Shown piece by piece: positions 34,815 through 47,539 of a DNA stretch of 64,000 nucleotides. The translations under genes and the position numbers were made by a program. Origin of the DNA: Macrostomum hystrix (lineage: Eukaryota; Animalia; Platyhelminthes); NCBI GenBank assembly GCA_950097015.1, contig CATNEN010000011.1, positions 1,488,001 through 1,552,000 of the forward strand, read 5' to 3'. The first letter of the stretch is position 1. Every line of letters begins with the position of its first letter. Under the pieces are notes generated by a model that worked only from the letters and a program-made list of their open reading frames with translations, was not told where the DNA came from and searched no databases.

Positions 34815-37263
34815 TTAAGCGGGCGGACTTGGCCTCTGCTCCTGGAGTCTCTGCCAGGCTATGGATGCGGCGGCAACCATTGGCAAAGACGGAGACGGCT
34901 GAGGCGGCATAGGGAACACTGGCTGGGCCAGGGCTTCAAATATCAGGTCCGGATGGGCGCCAAGCTGCATCAGGCGCAGTCTGAGTCCGGCGCGTTGAGC
35001 ATTGGCGCCGCGCCGACGAAGCCAAGCAACAATCCTAGGCAGGATTAATCGGAGGCACATTGATTCTAGCCTGATTGGTGCACCAGGAAACCAGCAGCTG
35101 TAGAGAGCGTCTGAACGTGACAGCCTAAAATTTTTGTTGTTAGTAAATGGATAATTTAAGCTGGCGAGGCTGCTGATACGAAGCAAAAACTTCAAGAAAC
35201 TAACCGATATCTAGAAGAGACTGGTTCAAATTTTTTAGAATTATATTATAAATTACATCGTTTTATCTGATCTGACTGTACATAGTAATAATTGATTACA
35301 TCTGACCAAATAGGGCCAGATGTGCAGCCGACAGCACAGCCGCAGCTACTGCGCGGCGCATCTGAAGGCTGGGTACTGCTGTTCAGTCCATGGACTGGGG
35401 GGACGCCACACCCACATTCAATTATACCAGCTAATGCTGGTACCCATTTAACAGCTATGTGAACTGAAGCAATGCAGAGTTAAGTGTCTAGCTATAGGAA
35501 AAAAATTGTTTCGGGAATCGAACCTCCGACCTTTAAGTCGCGAGTCAGAAGCTCTAACCACTAGGCTACAACCTAGCCTAGTTAAAAAATAGTAAAAAAA
35601 CTGCAGAATTAAGAGATTCAGGACAATTAGTGGGGCTGTATTGCTCTATTATTATAAATTTACTTGCTTACCTGCTAAAAACCATATAATTATTTTTAAA
35701 ATTAATATTTTGTCTTTCATTAATTGCTTTTTGTTTTTTTTCTATGCATTTATCAAGGAAGGACTAACTCAAAGACTTAAAACATCAGCAACAAAGAATA
35801 GAAAATTGCAATTTCTATATACTGTTACCTGCCAGCTCTATCAAGAACAACACCGCCAAAGATGAACGCCTGACCAGCAGGTGTAACGGCGGCCGCGTGA
35901 AAATAAGTTGGCCTAGGCAGGCTAAATGCCGATCGATGCCAAACAGCAGTTGGCAGGTGCAGATACCAGACATCGCCTAGGGGAGAATTATCCTCTGTAC
36001 AACCGCCTGACAGCATTAGCCAATCGCCGTGCAGTAGACAGGCGTGGCACCGTCTAGCCTGCGGAATTCCGGCGCTATTCCTATTATTATCGTCGGCATT
36101 TTCATTGTCAGACGGAGTAGACGAACCGCTAGTTGCTAGCCAAGACCAGGTGTGCGTTTCTAAACAGAATACAGCCAGGCGATCTAGTTTGCAGACAGAC
36201 AACGACGTACCGCCTCCAACTATGTATAGTCGGCCGCGCCAGTGTACAGTTTCGTGTCTGTAGCGCCTACTAGGCGGACCTGTCCACCTATTGACTGCGG
36301 CATCGTTATTAGCCTCATCTGGCGGATCGTCGTAATTTTCTAGAGCCCTAGCTGGCAACGATGGTGTAGGATCCAGTGAGCGCCATTCCCAAGTGTCCGT
36401 GTTTAAGGCGTGCATTGAATTAGTGTAGACATGACCGCTTGTGCCACCGAATTGATAGATTGTACGCGATCCGTCTGGATGCTTCACTAAGGTGAACGAA
36501 TGGCCGTACACCTGTAATTGTAACCGGTTTTTTATATGTCAGGCTTACAAATTAAGGCACACTGCCTGACGATGAGAGCGAAAGTCAGAGCAGATGTACA
36601 CACCTGCGTGAGCGTGTGCATGTGTACGGTATTTGTGTCCGTGTGTGCTCAGGAGTCAGCAAAATGGGCAGAATTGCCTCCTTGCTGGTCTATTGTAACC
36701 AAATGATGTGCCATTGCCCCGCAGCCCTCCTGCAATTATTACGAGATATTAATATTATTCGGTCATAAATCACTCGTCACCTTCTTAGGCCTTCCGTCGC
36801 GTCCGCCAACGTGGGTCAGCGCCACTTCGGACCATTGCATGGTGCGCAGGCAAAGTCGATGCAATCGCCTACTGCGTCGAATGCCGAACGGCGTCGCGGT
36901 GCCGCCGTGCACCAGGAGATAGGGCGGGTCCAATAGTGCCGCGTGGGAGGCCAATTCGGCGGGCATGTCGCCGGTAGTCACTAATCGACGCCATTGGCCG
37001 CTGGCAATGTTGAATTGCCAGACCTCTTCAAATAGGCGACCGCCGACTTCATTCTCGGCTGGATGAAAGCCGCCAACAAGCCAGAGATTGTGCGCGCCAG
37101 CTAGAAGGCGATGACCGGAGCGAGCGTGCGGCCAGGCGCCAACTGGCTCATTGTCGGCCGCTCCGTCACCTTCGCAACGACCAAGAATGTCAACGTATTG
37201 CATGCGGTGCTGGCAAAACTTTTGCGGATGATGCTGCTGCTGTTGACTTTGGTGACGCTGCAT
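34815..37263 (-). CDS. KLHDC10: Kelch domain-containing protein 10 (slim-like); exons 37263-36781, 36511-35829, 35124-34815
   Basis: ARSGHR, MPAELAS, HGGTATPFG, YGH...FGGTSGHVYTN, RYRHE...GGGTS, ARRCH and TYFHAAAVTPAG are collinear with KLHDC10; intron phases 0 and 2 match. Confidence 0.88.
35293..35572 (-). mobile_element. SINE family B copy in a KLHDC10 intron
   Basis: Homologous to the other family B copies. Confidence 0.85.
36554..36741 (+). mobile_element. 5'-truncated SINE family A copy in a KLHDC10 intron
   Basis: ACACTGCCTGACGATGAG...GCAGCCCTCCTGCAATTATTA matches 15640-15813. Confidence 0.8.
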
Positions 37264-37354
37264 TTTATGTTGATGTCCGCAGTAATGGACGATTTCACTG
37301 AAAGGAAATTATAATAAATAAATAACTAAAATGTAATGCAATTTCATATAACCA

Positions 37355-38190
37355 CTACCTAGTAACCAAGATACCATCTAGAAATCTAAATATATACTAC
37401 CTAGCAACCAAGATGCCATCTAGAAATCTAAATACTACCTAGCAACCAAGATAACATCTAGAAATCTAAATACTACCTAGCAACCAAGATACCATCTAGA
37501 AATCTAAATACTACCTAGCAACCAAGATACCATCTAGAAATCTAAATACTACCTAGCAACCAAGATAACATCTAGAAATCTAAATACTACCTAGCAACCA
37601 AGATACCATCTAGAAATCTAAATACTACCTAGCAACCAAGATACCATCTAGAAATCTAAATATATACTACCTAGCAACCAAGATACCATCTAGAAATCTA
37701 AATATATACTACCTAGCAACCAAGATGCCATCTAGAAATCTAAATACTACCTAGCAACCAAGATACCATCTAGAAATCTAAATACTACCTAGCAACCAAG
37801 ATACCATCTAGAAATCTAAATACTACCTAGCAACCAAGATACCATCTAGAAATCTAAATATATACTACCTAGCAACCAAGATACCATCTAGAAATCTAAA
37901 TATATACTACCTAGCAACCAAGATGCCATCTAGAAATCTAAATACTACCTAGCAACCAAGATAACATCTAGAAATCTAAATACTACCTAGCAACCAAGAT
38001 ACCATCTAGAAATCTAAATACTACCTAGCAACCAAGATACCATCTAGAAATCTAAATACTACCTAGCAACCAAGATACCATCTAGAAATCTAGATACTAC
38101 CTAGCAACCAAGATACCATCTAGAAATCTAAATACTACCTAGCAACCAAGATACCATCTAGAAATCTAGATACTAGCTAGCAACCAAGAT
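37355..38190. repeat. 38-bp minisatellite (TACTACCTAGCAACCAAGATACCATCTAGAAATCTAAA), with 42-bp variants
   Basis: Visible head-to-tail array with no unique spacers. Confidence 0.95.
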
Positions 38191-39614
38191 CCACCTAGCA
38201 ACCTAGCTATCACTGAGATTCCACCTAGTAACATAAATAGCACATAGATAGATCCACCTAGATACCACCTTGATACATTGATACCACCTACCACATACAA
38301 TAAATGACAAACCAACACAAGCAAATAAATCTAGAAAATCAGCTTTAGTTTTTTAGTCGACTCGATAATCAACTCGAAGTCAACTGGCTATTAATAGTGG
38401 GTACAAATATATTTTAGCATATTATATAACATCAATATTCGGTAGTGAACAATTTATTAACATATGCTAAATAATATGAAACTACAAGCGCTACAATCAA
38501 GACAGCTGTTTGTGGTCTTTCGTAGGGGGGGTAAACTAAAAAGACAGAAAAAACAAGCAAAATATTTTATGATAGCACTTTTTTATTTTATAGATAATTT
38601 GAGTTAGGATTCAAATTAAGCGCGAGGAATCAAATGATTACACAACCCTACGGAATGACACCATTTGTTAATGGCAGGTTTTTAACTGGTATTTTATTAG
38701 CTAGAAACACAAGAACTTTTATAGCGGACCTATGAAAACTCAAAAATTAAAAACATTTTGCCTTCTTAGACAACTAATTCTATACTGAAAACAAAGCAGT
38801 TCTGCGTGCAATGAAAACGAAAATGGCAACTATAAGATTATAAGGAAGTCGCTGGTGGTTCGCAACTAGAGTGGATATGTCATCGGCAAGTCTCACTCAA
38901 CAGGAAACTGCTTTTAAGAAGACATGAAGACAGACAACAGACAACTTTTAAGAAGACAACAGAAACAACTAGAACCCAATTTTAATTGAAAGCATCGGAA
39001 AAACAAATAACCGAATATACATGAAAAGCATGCAATAATATATAACCGAATTGTGTGTAATTTTGTTTGCGAATAAGAAATACGAGAACGGTTATAAAAG
39101 CAAGTTTAACGGGTAGACAAAGAGAATTTTTTTACTGCTAAAATGAACCGCGAAACTGTATAAATGAGGAAGAATTGTTCGATCTAAAACAACTCAAAAA
39201 TGAAAAGAAATATTCAGAATCTCACGCCTAGTAGGTTTGTGGCAGAGTGCAAGTTTAAGATGATACCTTCTGTCTGATTTACTTTGCTCTGATCTTATTT
39301 CTCTGCAACAAGGCAAAAAAACACAAAAAATACAAAGAAACAAGTAAAACACGGACTTATAATGGTACTAAAAAGTTTGCAGTATTGAATAAGAAATCAA
39401 ACACGAGTTTTATTCTACAAAAAGCTATAATTTACATCAGAGATTGCACATATCTATTCTTGTTTAACATTGTAACATACAACACAGAGCATTTCGATTA
39501 CAGGACTGTCAATTACAGAAATTTCTACCTTACTTAGGATTTACCACCTTTCACGGTAATTTACTAACCTTTCAAGTTTTTTAAACGAACTTTTTTGTTT
39601 CGGTCTATGATGAC

Positions 39615-40007
39615 GGGCGGATAGCTCAGTCAGTAAGGTGTCGGACTCTGAATCAGATGGTCCTGGGTTCGACTCCCGACCTAGTCTAGAACTATTCGTG
39701 CAGCCTATGGCAAGCTGCTTTGCCCTGATGTGCATACAGTCTACTCAGCTGCAAATGAGTACCGACATTTCGATGGGTAATAATAATTCCGGCTGGCGTG
39801 GAATAAAGCAGTTCTGTGCGGCAATTCTGTGGGGTTTGGATGCTGCCGATATGTTTAGAAAAATAAATTTCATTGCTGACCCGCGGCTGTGAACCGGTGT
39901 CCGAGAGAGCCGGGGAGTACATTAGGTGTGCAGTCCCCACCTGCTAGTGTGCTCGACACACAACACCTGCACTGGCCCTTGGGTCTAGTGGCAATTATTA
40001 TTATTAT
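39615..40007 (+). mobile_element. tRNA-derived SINE family C
   Basis: tRNA-like head GGGCGGATAGCTCAGTCAGTAAGGTGTCGGACTCTGAATC...GGTTCGACTCCC, then GGCAAG...CAGCTGCAAATGAGTACC and an (ATT)n tail. Confidence 0.75.
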
Positions 40008-40261
40008 ACTATGATGAACAAGTACATAAAAAAATTACATCAGAAGCTTCAACAGACAAACTAGCTATAAAACTAAGTTACAACATGAAATATTTATTTT
40101 CCAGACATCTGAAAATGACAACAGCGTTCAAACTCTAATCAGGTAAATCAAGTATGCTAACTGTTTTAAATAATTTATCTAAAAAAATTTAAAACATCAG
40201 GAAACGAAACAAAACAGGCCAATCCAAATAAATTAGCGTCACTTCGCCATTGAAGGTGTCC

Positions 40262-42206
40262 TTACTGATCAAGGTTGCAGTAGGAGAGGCCAGAGCTGAC
40301 TGCCGCAGCCGAGGTGGCAGAAGCAGCAGCCACTGAATGATTATTTAGGCCGATGGTGAATTTTGGCTGAATAGGAATAGGGCCCTGCTGTAAGGAGCAT
40401 TTGACGTCTTTGACGCTGTTCCTAGCAACTACCATTCCGTCACCATTACCGTGCACTTTGGCGTGCAACTTTAAATAGCCAGCCTGATTAAACATCTTGC
40501 CGCAAACTGTGCAGGGAAAAGATTTCGGCTTGACGTGAATCTTTTTGTGCTTGTGAAATGTCGACCGATCAGTGAAGGTTTTGCCGCACACCTCGCACTG
40601 GAAAGGCTTAATGCCGTTATGTATGTTCATGTGCGTCTCTAACTGTGTCTTTTGAACAAACGCTTTGCCGCACAATTTGCATTGATAATTGCGAATGCCT
40701 GCATGGATTAACTCGTGCCGATGCAGATTCATAGGATTGGCGAACATCTTCTTGCAGATGCTGCAGGTGCGATCCGAGTCAGCATTGTACTTGTCGGATG
40801 TGTTGCATGCAGCCCGCATGTGAAGCTTATAGCGCCAGGCTAGCCTGAATGACTTGCCACAGGTAGAACAGGTGTGACTGTACGGCAGAAACCGGTTAGC
40901 GGCACCGGGCTTTGAACCTGAGTTTATGAAGACCAATAGAGCTATAGAATAAATGATACTTTAATAAATGATACATTAAAAGGAATTGAAATTTGGGCAA
41001 TGTTTATACAGCGTTTTGAGAGCGATGGGATTTCAGAGAAAAACTGATGCATATATTAAATATAAAAAGTAAAAAATAATAATAACACTCACTATCCGAA
41101 GGTGACAATCCGGCGGCATCATCCAAATTGCGTTCGCACACATCAAAGTGCCGATCTAACTGGCCAGCATCTGAGAATGTCTGATCGCAGTAGTGACAAA
41201 CGTAGGTGCTGTGAAATGCCTGATGCACTAGCATGTGACGCTGCAGAGTACAGGCGAAGCTAAAGCTTCGATCGCAGACGGTGCACTGATGAGGTCGGTC
41301 TGTACTGTGAGCTCTTTGGTGAGCATTCAAAGCGTCCAGTTCGGCGAACTCCTTACAGCAATAGTAGCAGCGCAGTCTAGTGGAATCGAATTCGCATTCC
41401 AGATGAAATCTTTCGTGTTGTTCAACATCGTCTTCGGAGCGGAAACCTAGGCCACAGTGGCTGCAACGATACGCTTCAGCGGCGGCAGCTGCGGCGGCAT
41501 CGTTGTCAAGTTCATCATCGGCTGGAATTGCAGCCTCCATTTTTAGTGCCACCTGCTCGAATTGCTGCTGCTGCTGTTCGTGCTCGCAAACGTAGTGCTC
41601 AAGATAGTCGCGCGAAGTTGCAAACATCATTGAGGGTTGGCACAAGCGGCACACGTAGACAGACGGCGGACCAGTTGAAGGCGTCGCCTTTGCGCCTGAA
41701 CCGCCGCCGCTGCTGCCTGCGGCGTTGAAATCGCCAGCGTCCGGGTCGACACCACGACCACAGCTGTCATTCTCATCTAATAGCAGGCTAATTTTGTCGC
41801 AAGTGCAATCAACGCATAAAATGACAAAATCGCATGTTTCGGCACTGCTATTAGAAGACTGTTGACCAGTTGAGGCGGCAGCGGCAGCAAATGCGGCTAA
41901 GCTTCGACTACTCCTAATGCTAGTTAGAGGCGAGCCGCAGGTTTCGCACAGGCCGAATCCATGCGAACTGGTTGCGTCCGTGGTGGACATACCGGCTGCA
42001 ACTAAGGAGGATGAGTCGGGCGCATCGATAACTAGAGAAGCAAAAGGATCAGCATCGGTGGCGAGAGTCGAGCGGTCGTCATGTCCAACTTCCGTATATG
42101 GCACTAATAGTGTCGAGTGATGATGCTGTTGGTGCAGATGAAAGCCTTGCTGCTGCTGTAAAAGTTGCTGTTGAGTAGACTGCTGCTGTTGCTGTTCGGC
42201 AATCAT
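40262..42206 (-). CDS. Multi-C2H2 zinc-finger protein; exons 42206-41093 and 40917 (or 40941)-40262
   Basis: About 10 CxxC...HxxxH fingers with TDRPH, GIRNY and GIKPF linkers; the phase-1 GTGAGT intron fits either acceptor. Confidence 0.85.
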
Positions 42207-44501
42207 GGTAACTTTTTGCGGACGGCTATTTTTACGTCGAAATTTGCGATCCGAAGTGGAATCTTCCCAGGATGAAAACTAATTTTGTAAGGATTGAAGA
42301 AAAAATAGATGTGATCATTGGTTGCAAAAGCAGAAGAAAACTAAATTACGTTAGTAACAGTCATAAACTTAAAAAATAACGATCAACAGTTTAACAAAGC
42401 TTATTATGCACTTTGAAGTAACTTTGTTAGATACCAAATGCATTATTTTCAACTACATTAAACTAGTTGAAAAACCTGAAAAAAGTAATAACTTGAAAAA
42501 TTGTCATAGTAAACAACTTTAACACAATTAAAAACATGTCAAAAACCCATACTTAGTTTAGAATTGTCTGAAAATGAAAGTGTAATGTTGATTTAATAAG
42601 TGAATATTACAATCAGAAAATTTTTTTTCATGCAGTAGTTCAAATTAAATTGATTGTTAATAAAGTTATTACTATTTATACAAAAAATAATATAATATAT
42701 GTGGTGGCTCATGACAATGGTTAAACTTTAAGGTACAAAAAGCTTGTGTTTAACAATAGATGTCTATTAATATGCTAATTCAGATATGAGCCATACTGAT
42801 TTCTGACTGCTTTAGGATTACAAAAAATTGTATCCTTACCAGCAAATATAAAATCCTACCACTTGCTCGTATAATATATGCTACATAGAACAAGTCTAAA
42901 CTACTTTTATTATTCTTGCTATATTTGGGCGAGCTTAAAACTTAGGGCATTTGCCATTCAATACAATTCACAATACACAAGACAATACACATTACTTTAA
43001 AATTAAAGAAATAAACCAAAATTACAAAATATTAACTATCTTAATAAAATTTATTACATGTTTTTGGACATAATGATTTTATATATGACTAGACCACTAA
43101 TTAGGTTTAGTCAATAGATTTGTTATTCTGTCAGTAGTCAAAAATATGGTATTGCACCACCGGGTATTGAAATGGGACTGATTTTATAACATTTTATATT
43201 TTAGAAAACCCATAGGTCAAAAAGGAAATCAAATATTAAATAAAAAATAAATACTCATAAATAAAAATGTAAAGACATGAGTATAAGACTAAAATATGGT
43301 CTGACCTAGATTAAGGTTCATAATATGTAATTTACTAAAAGTGAAAAGAGAAGCATTAAAGTGCTAGGCTAGCCAAGTCTTTTAATACAACATTTTTCAT
43401 GTATTTTAACACTTTAACTGGTTGTATTGTAATATTTCAAATTACAATGGGTAGTTGGATCTCTTGATGTCAATGAGATAGTTGTCACAAATCTCATTTA
43501 AATAATCTAAAAAAAGCTAAAAGGCATACATTAGAAAACTAAGAAAACAAGATAAGTGACTAGACCTATGCAGTAATATAGTTATATAGTTAGAGAGATG
43601 GCACATAAAAAAGTCCACACATCTAGACTATAGCTCTGACTAGTTCCAATGATAAAAGAGTCACCACATTTCCACCTTGTATATTGGCCATGATAGAGAT
43701 AAGGATTGAATAAATATATCCCAGAATTTTCTGATCAATAATTAGCATTAAAATTCATTAAATCAAAATCAAACTTTGATTCTTCTCCATTCTAGTGGAT
43801 AAGAGAATGGGGATTGGTTGTAGGCAATTTTTACAAATATTTTTACTTAAGGCTCTTTGTTTGGGGCAAAGAGCCTGCACACCTTTTTGTAAACTTAAAT
43901 AAACACGAACTTGTTAATGCAGCCAACTTGGCAACCAACTATATCATAGTATATATAAAATAGTTATATCACTTGTTACATATATTTTATATTATATAAT
44001 ATTATTATATAAAAATGTTACTTTTTTATGTTCTAGATTTTATTAAACATAAGAATATTGAATGTCAAATGTCATATCAGAATGTCAAATAATGTTCACA
44101 TTTTCTATATAGCTTTAGATAAATTTTCTTAGTCTGCTCTAATAGTATACTGTTGTGCTTCTCTTCACAAATAACTACATTATATAATATGCTTGTTGTT
44201 TTCTAGATATTTAAAAACAAAAGACGAAACTAAATTAAACTAATAATGATAGGCATCTAATCAGAAACACAAGTACTTTTTATGATATTCTTATTTCAAG
44301 TGTGTTTTCTCTGCTTCTTTGCAGAGAAATATTTTGTATAAAAAATGCATGTCACATGGATCAAGTATATGGTCACAGCACTCATTTGTTTAATGTCAAT
44401 TGTATGACAAAAGCTGCAAGGAAGCAGAGAAAGCACATTTTAGATACATTTTGTATAGGATGAGGGTTCTCAAACGTAAGTGTTTATAGTAATAGCTTTT
44501 T

Positions 44502-44918
44502 GGCAATAGTGCACTTTTGTTCGCGAAATTATTTTCAGTTTAAATTTGAAAGTTTGAAACCAGAATATACGCTTAACCCCTATTATACAAATAAACCAGA
44601 TATGCTTATATACACTTTAGTCTTAGTCTATGGTCGAAATCCTTAGGCATGCATGTGGGATGCTCTATTATTATTTTTTCATTAAATCTGTGCCATGTCT
44701 TTTTGTGCCACGCTCGAATGCTACTTGAAATGTAAGTTGTCTGTGAAATTTTTTTTAAATCGAAAAGGGGCTCAAAAATAGTAAATAGAGACACTGTGCT
44801 CTGGCACAATCATTAGAATTGTTCAAAGCATCAATTTTTGATGTTGTTATTGTTTTCTGGTTTCAAAGTTTTAGATTTAAATGAAAAATAAATTTGCGAA
44901 TGAAAGTGCACTATTGCC
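44502..44918. mobile_element. Non-autonomous DNA transposon (MITE) with ~65-bp imperfect TIRs and 7-bp flanking duplication GCTTTTT
   Basis: Left end GGCAATAGTGCACTTTTGTTCGCGAAATT...GAAACCAGAA; right end TTCTGGTTTC...GAAAGTGCACTATTGCC; GCTTTTT at 44495-44501 and 44919-44925. Confidence 0.75.
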
Positions 44919-47539
44919 GCTTTTTTATTTTTGATAATAGTAGTGCACAATAAACATACCAAATTTTATTGATTCACTTTTTCAACCAGAAAATTTGGCA
45001 ATGTCTATTTGTCCCATTTAAAGATGTTATGTTTTTTAGTCAATTGTGTGGATAAGTGCAGTAGAACATGCTAAAAAGCTAATTTAACAGTCATTACAAT
45101 TTTATTTTAATATGAATATATAATAAATAAACCTAGCATTTAAAAGAAAGCAAAAACATAATTAAAAACATAAAAATAAATACATACCTGACTATCAAAC
45201 GATAGCTCGCCATTAGAAATTTCAACTTTGCTGTGTAAACTTTGCTTTTGTTGGTGCTCCTCAATTTCAGAAAGCTTCTCTTTCTTAATGGTGAACTGAA
45301 AAACTGATTCGGAATAGTTTTGTCTGGGCTCACTAATCTGAGAAGTACTTGCGACAGATGCTGATGCAGGGTTTATCATAGTTTTATGATAGGATTCATA
45401 GGCAACCGTATGTAATACTACTTACACGTAACAATTACACTAGAAAAGCAAAAGGCTCCAAACGCATGTAGACTAGCTACTAGAAATTGGATAAGTTACT
45501 GTTCGTTTTGACCATAGCCGTTAAAAAGGGCTTACATTAACTAGACTCTATATAACGTAAAAAGGCAAAGTCTAAGTCAAAGGCTGTTTCGTCTATGTAT
45601 GATAGGCCTAAGTCGATTATAAAGATTATAAGATTAAAGATTAATCTAGGGCCTAACCCTGTTCCAGTCTCAATTTAAATTTATTGTACAGGTTTACAAA
45701 TTTTGCAGCTTTAAGTATTTAAAATATATATATTTCTTTTTCTTATATTTTATTTACAATCCTTTTTCTGTTAAACAATCTACTTTGCTGCAAATCTAAA
45801 TCGCTTTGTTTTGCATCACTGCAGTGCAGGCTTTAGTTTAGCGGCAATACGAATAGCTTACTCTATGCTATTTTTCTTCGAAGTCTTTATATCCATTCCA
45901 TCTGCGATATGATTTACTTTAGAATAATGTTCTTAGTATTTCAAATTTCCGCTTGGACGTTTATAGGGCAGTAATAAGTGTAATTCAGAAACATGATTAC
46001 TTTGATTAGCTAATCGCCCATTTTTATTTGCTTTTTGTTTCGCTTGATAGGCAAACTAAGAATGAACAGCAGGACTGCACGAGCGGTGTAGTATAGACTA
46101 TAGGCCTAACTAACTACCGAGGTGATGTCCAGTGAAACAGTAGGACTATCGGATGTTTTAAGTTTAATAATGATAAAAATACCATAATTCGTGTTATCTA
46201 AAGTAGCTTTTTACTCAGATACTATATATAAAACGCGTCTGTTTCCCTGTTTTATCCAGTACCATTTTCACACTTTGTCAATCTCATAGCTTGCTCTTGC
46301 GAACTAACTCATAACTACACTGCAGCATCCTCGTAATCTATCGGGCTGTTAAACTAGCCAATCAGGCTATGCTAGTCCGAGAATAATTAAAGCAACATTA
46401 GGCCCTATCAAGCTACATTAATTAATTATAGCCTACACATATCATGTTCTAAAGAAGTAAAAACTAATATTTGTGGATTATCACCTCATTTATTTAACTA
46501 TATAGACCCTGTTTCTTGGTTTTGGGATGACAAGCATTTTATGGAAGATTTCTTATTGTAATAACCATCATTCAAAACTTAAGCTATTCTATTTTGCTTC
46601 TAAATAAAATTGGGACCTTGTCCTTCTTCATTTTTAGTAGATAAATAGTATTTCAAATTGTCAATAAGAATGCCAACAGTAAAATAAATTATTCCAACAT
46701 TATAGCATTAACATCTCATGTCTTTTGATTTCATTTTTAGTTACTTGTATGTAATCATTTTAACTCATTTTAAATCACTTTAGGTTGACTTAAGTGACAC
46801 CCCCTCAAGTTTTTAAAGACCATCAGCTTCAATGGTAGGCCCTACAGGTGCAGCAAATTATCATCAACTGAAAGTACAATGCTTACCATTGCAAAGTATT
46901 ATATTGGTATTGAAGTTTAGGAATTTGTAGAAATTAGTTAAGTTTTTTTTCTTTATATATTGTAGTTTGGGATCACTATTAATTCTCTTAAAAAGTTGCA
47001 TTAAATGATTGCCTTCCAAAATAGCTATGGAAATGGTCTCGAATATAATTTAATATAATATATTCCCATTTAACTATTGTAAACTATGTCTAGTTCTTTT
47101 GTTTGAACTGTGATTTTTAAGTATAGCTGAAAGCCTGAAAAATTCAAAAGGTGATCTTTAACTAAAACTTGTATGTTGAATAATTATTGTCATCTAAAAG
47201 TTTGCCAATTACTTTATGGCTTTAAGTCATTTCACTTTTCAGACTTCGACTTAATAGTGATTAGATGCTTTATAGAAGTAGATAAAAAGTATTTATTCTT
47301 TATTGTCAGTGACATGTGTTAAAAAAGTAATAGGCCTATGCTAGTTGTTTTCATTTGGCATAAGGTATATGCTCAGCTTTTAATATTATTTTTTAGGATT
47401 TCATGTCTTTTAATGATTTATTTAGCAAATTATTCATAATAATAAAATTGATGATCAACTACATCTAAACAAGAAAAACCAGGATAAAATTATTTAACGA
47501 CTTTATTGAATTTCTTTTATTTTCAGCTCAGAAAGCCAC

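Noticed and set aside
37355-38190. CRISPR-like appearance of the 38-bp repeat (and of the ~260-bp motif array at 30.1-31.6 kb)
   Set aside because: The units are head-to-tail without unique spacers, the context is eukaryotic and there are no cas genes. The 260-bp array is better explained by splice sites plus C/D boxes.
46085-46097. Isolated GGTGTAGTATAGA identical to the snoRNA guide complement (a similar CTACTACACC occurs near 5570)
   Set aside because: No D', C or D box and no flanking micro-exons; a single short match cannot be interpreted.
42300-47500. Second snoRNA host or extra coding exons in the AT-rich interval (micro-exon-like sites near 42560, 42870 and 43860; a 64-codon exon at 45379-45188)
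   Set aside because: No repeated C/D or H/ACA pattern was found and trial splicing hit a stop codon; possibly 5'-UTR exons of the zinc-finger gene.
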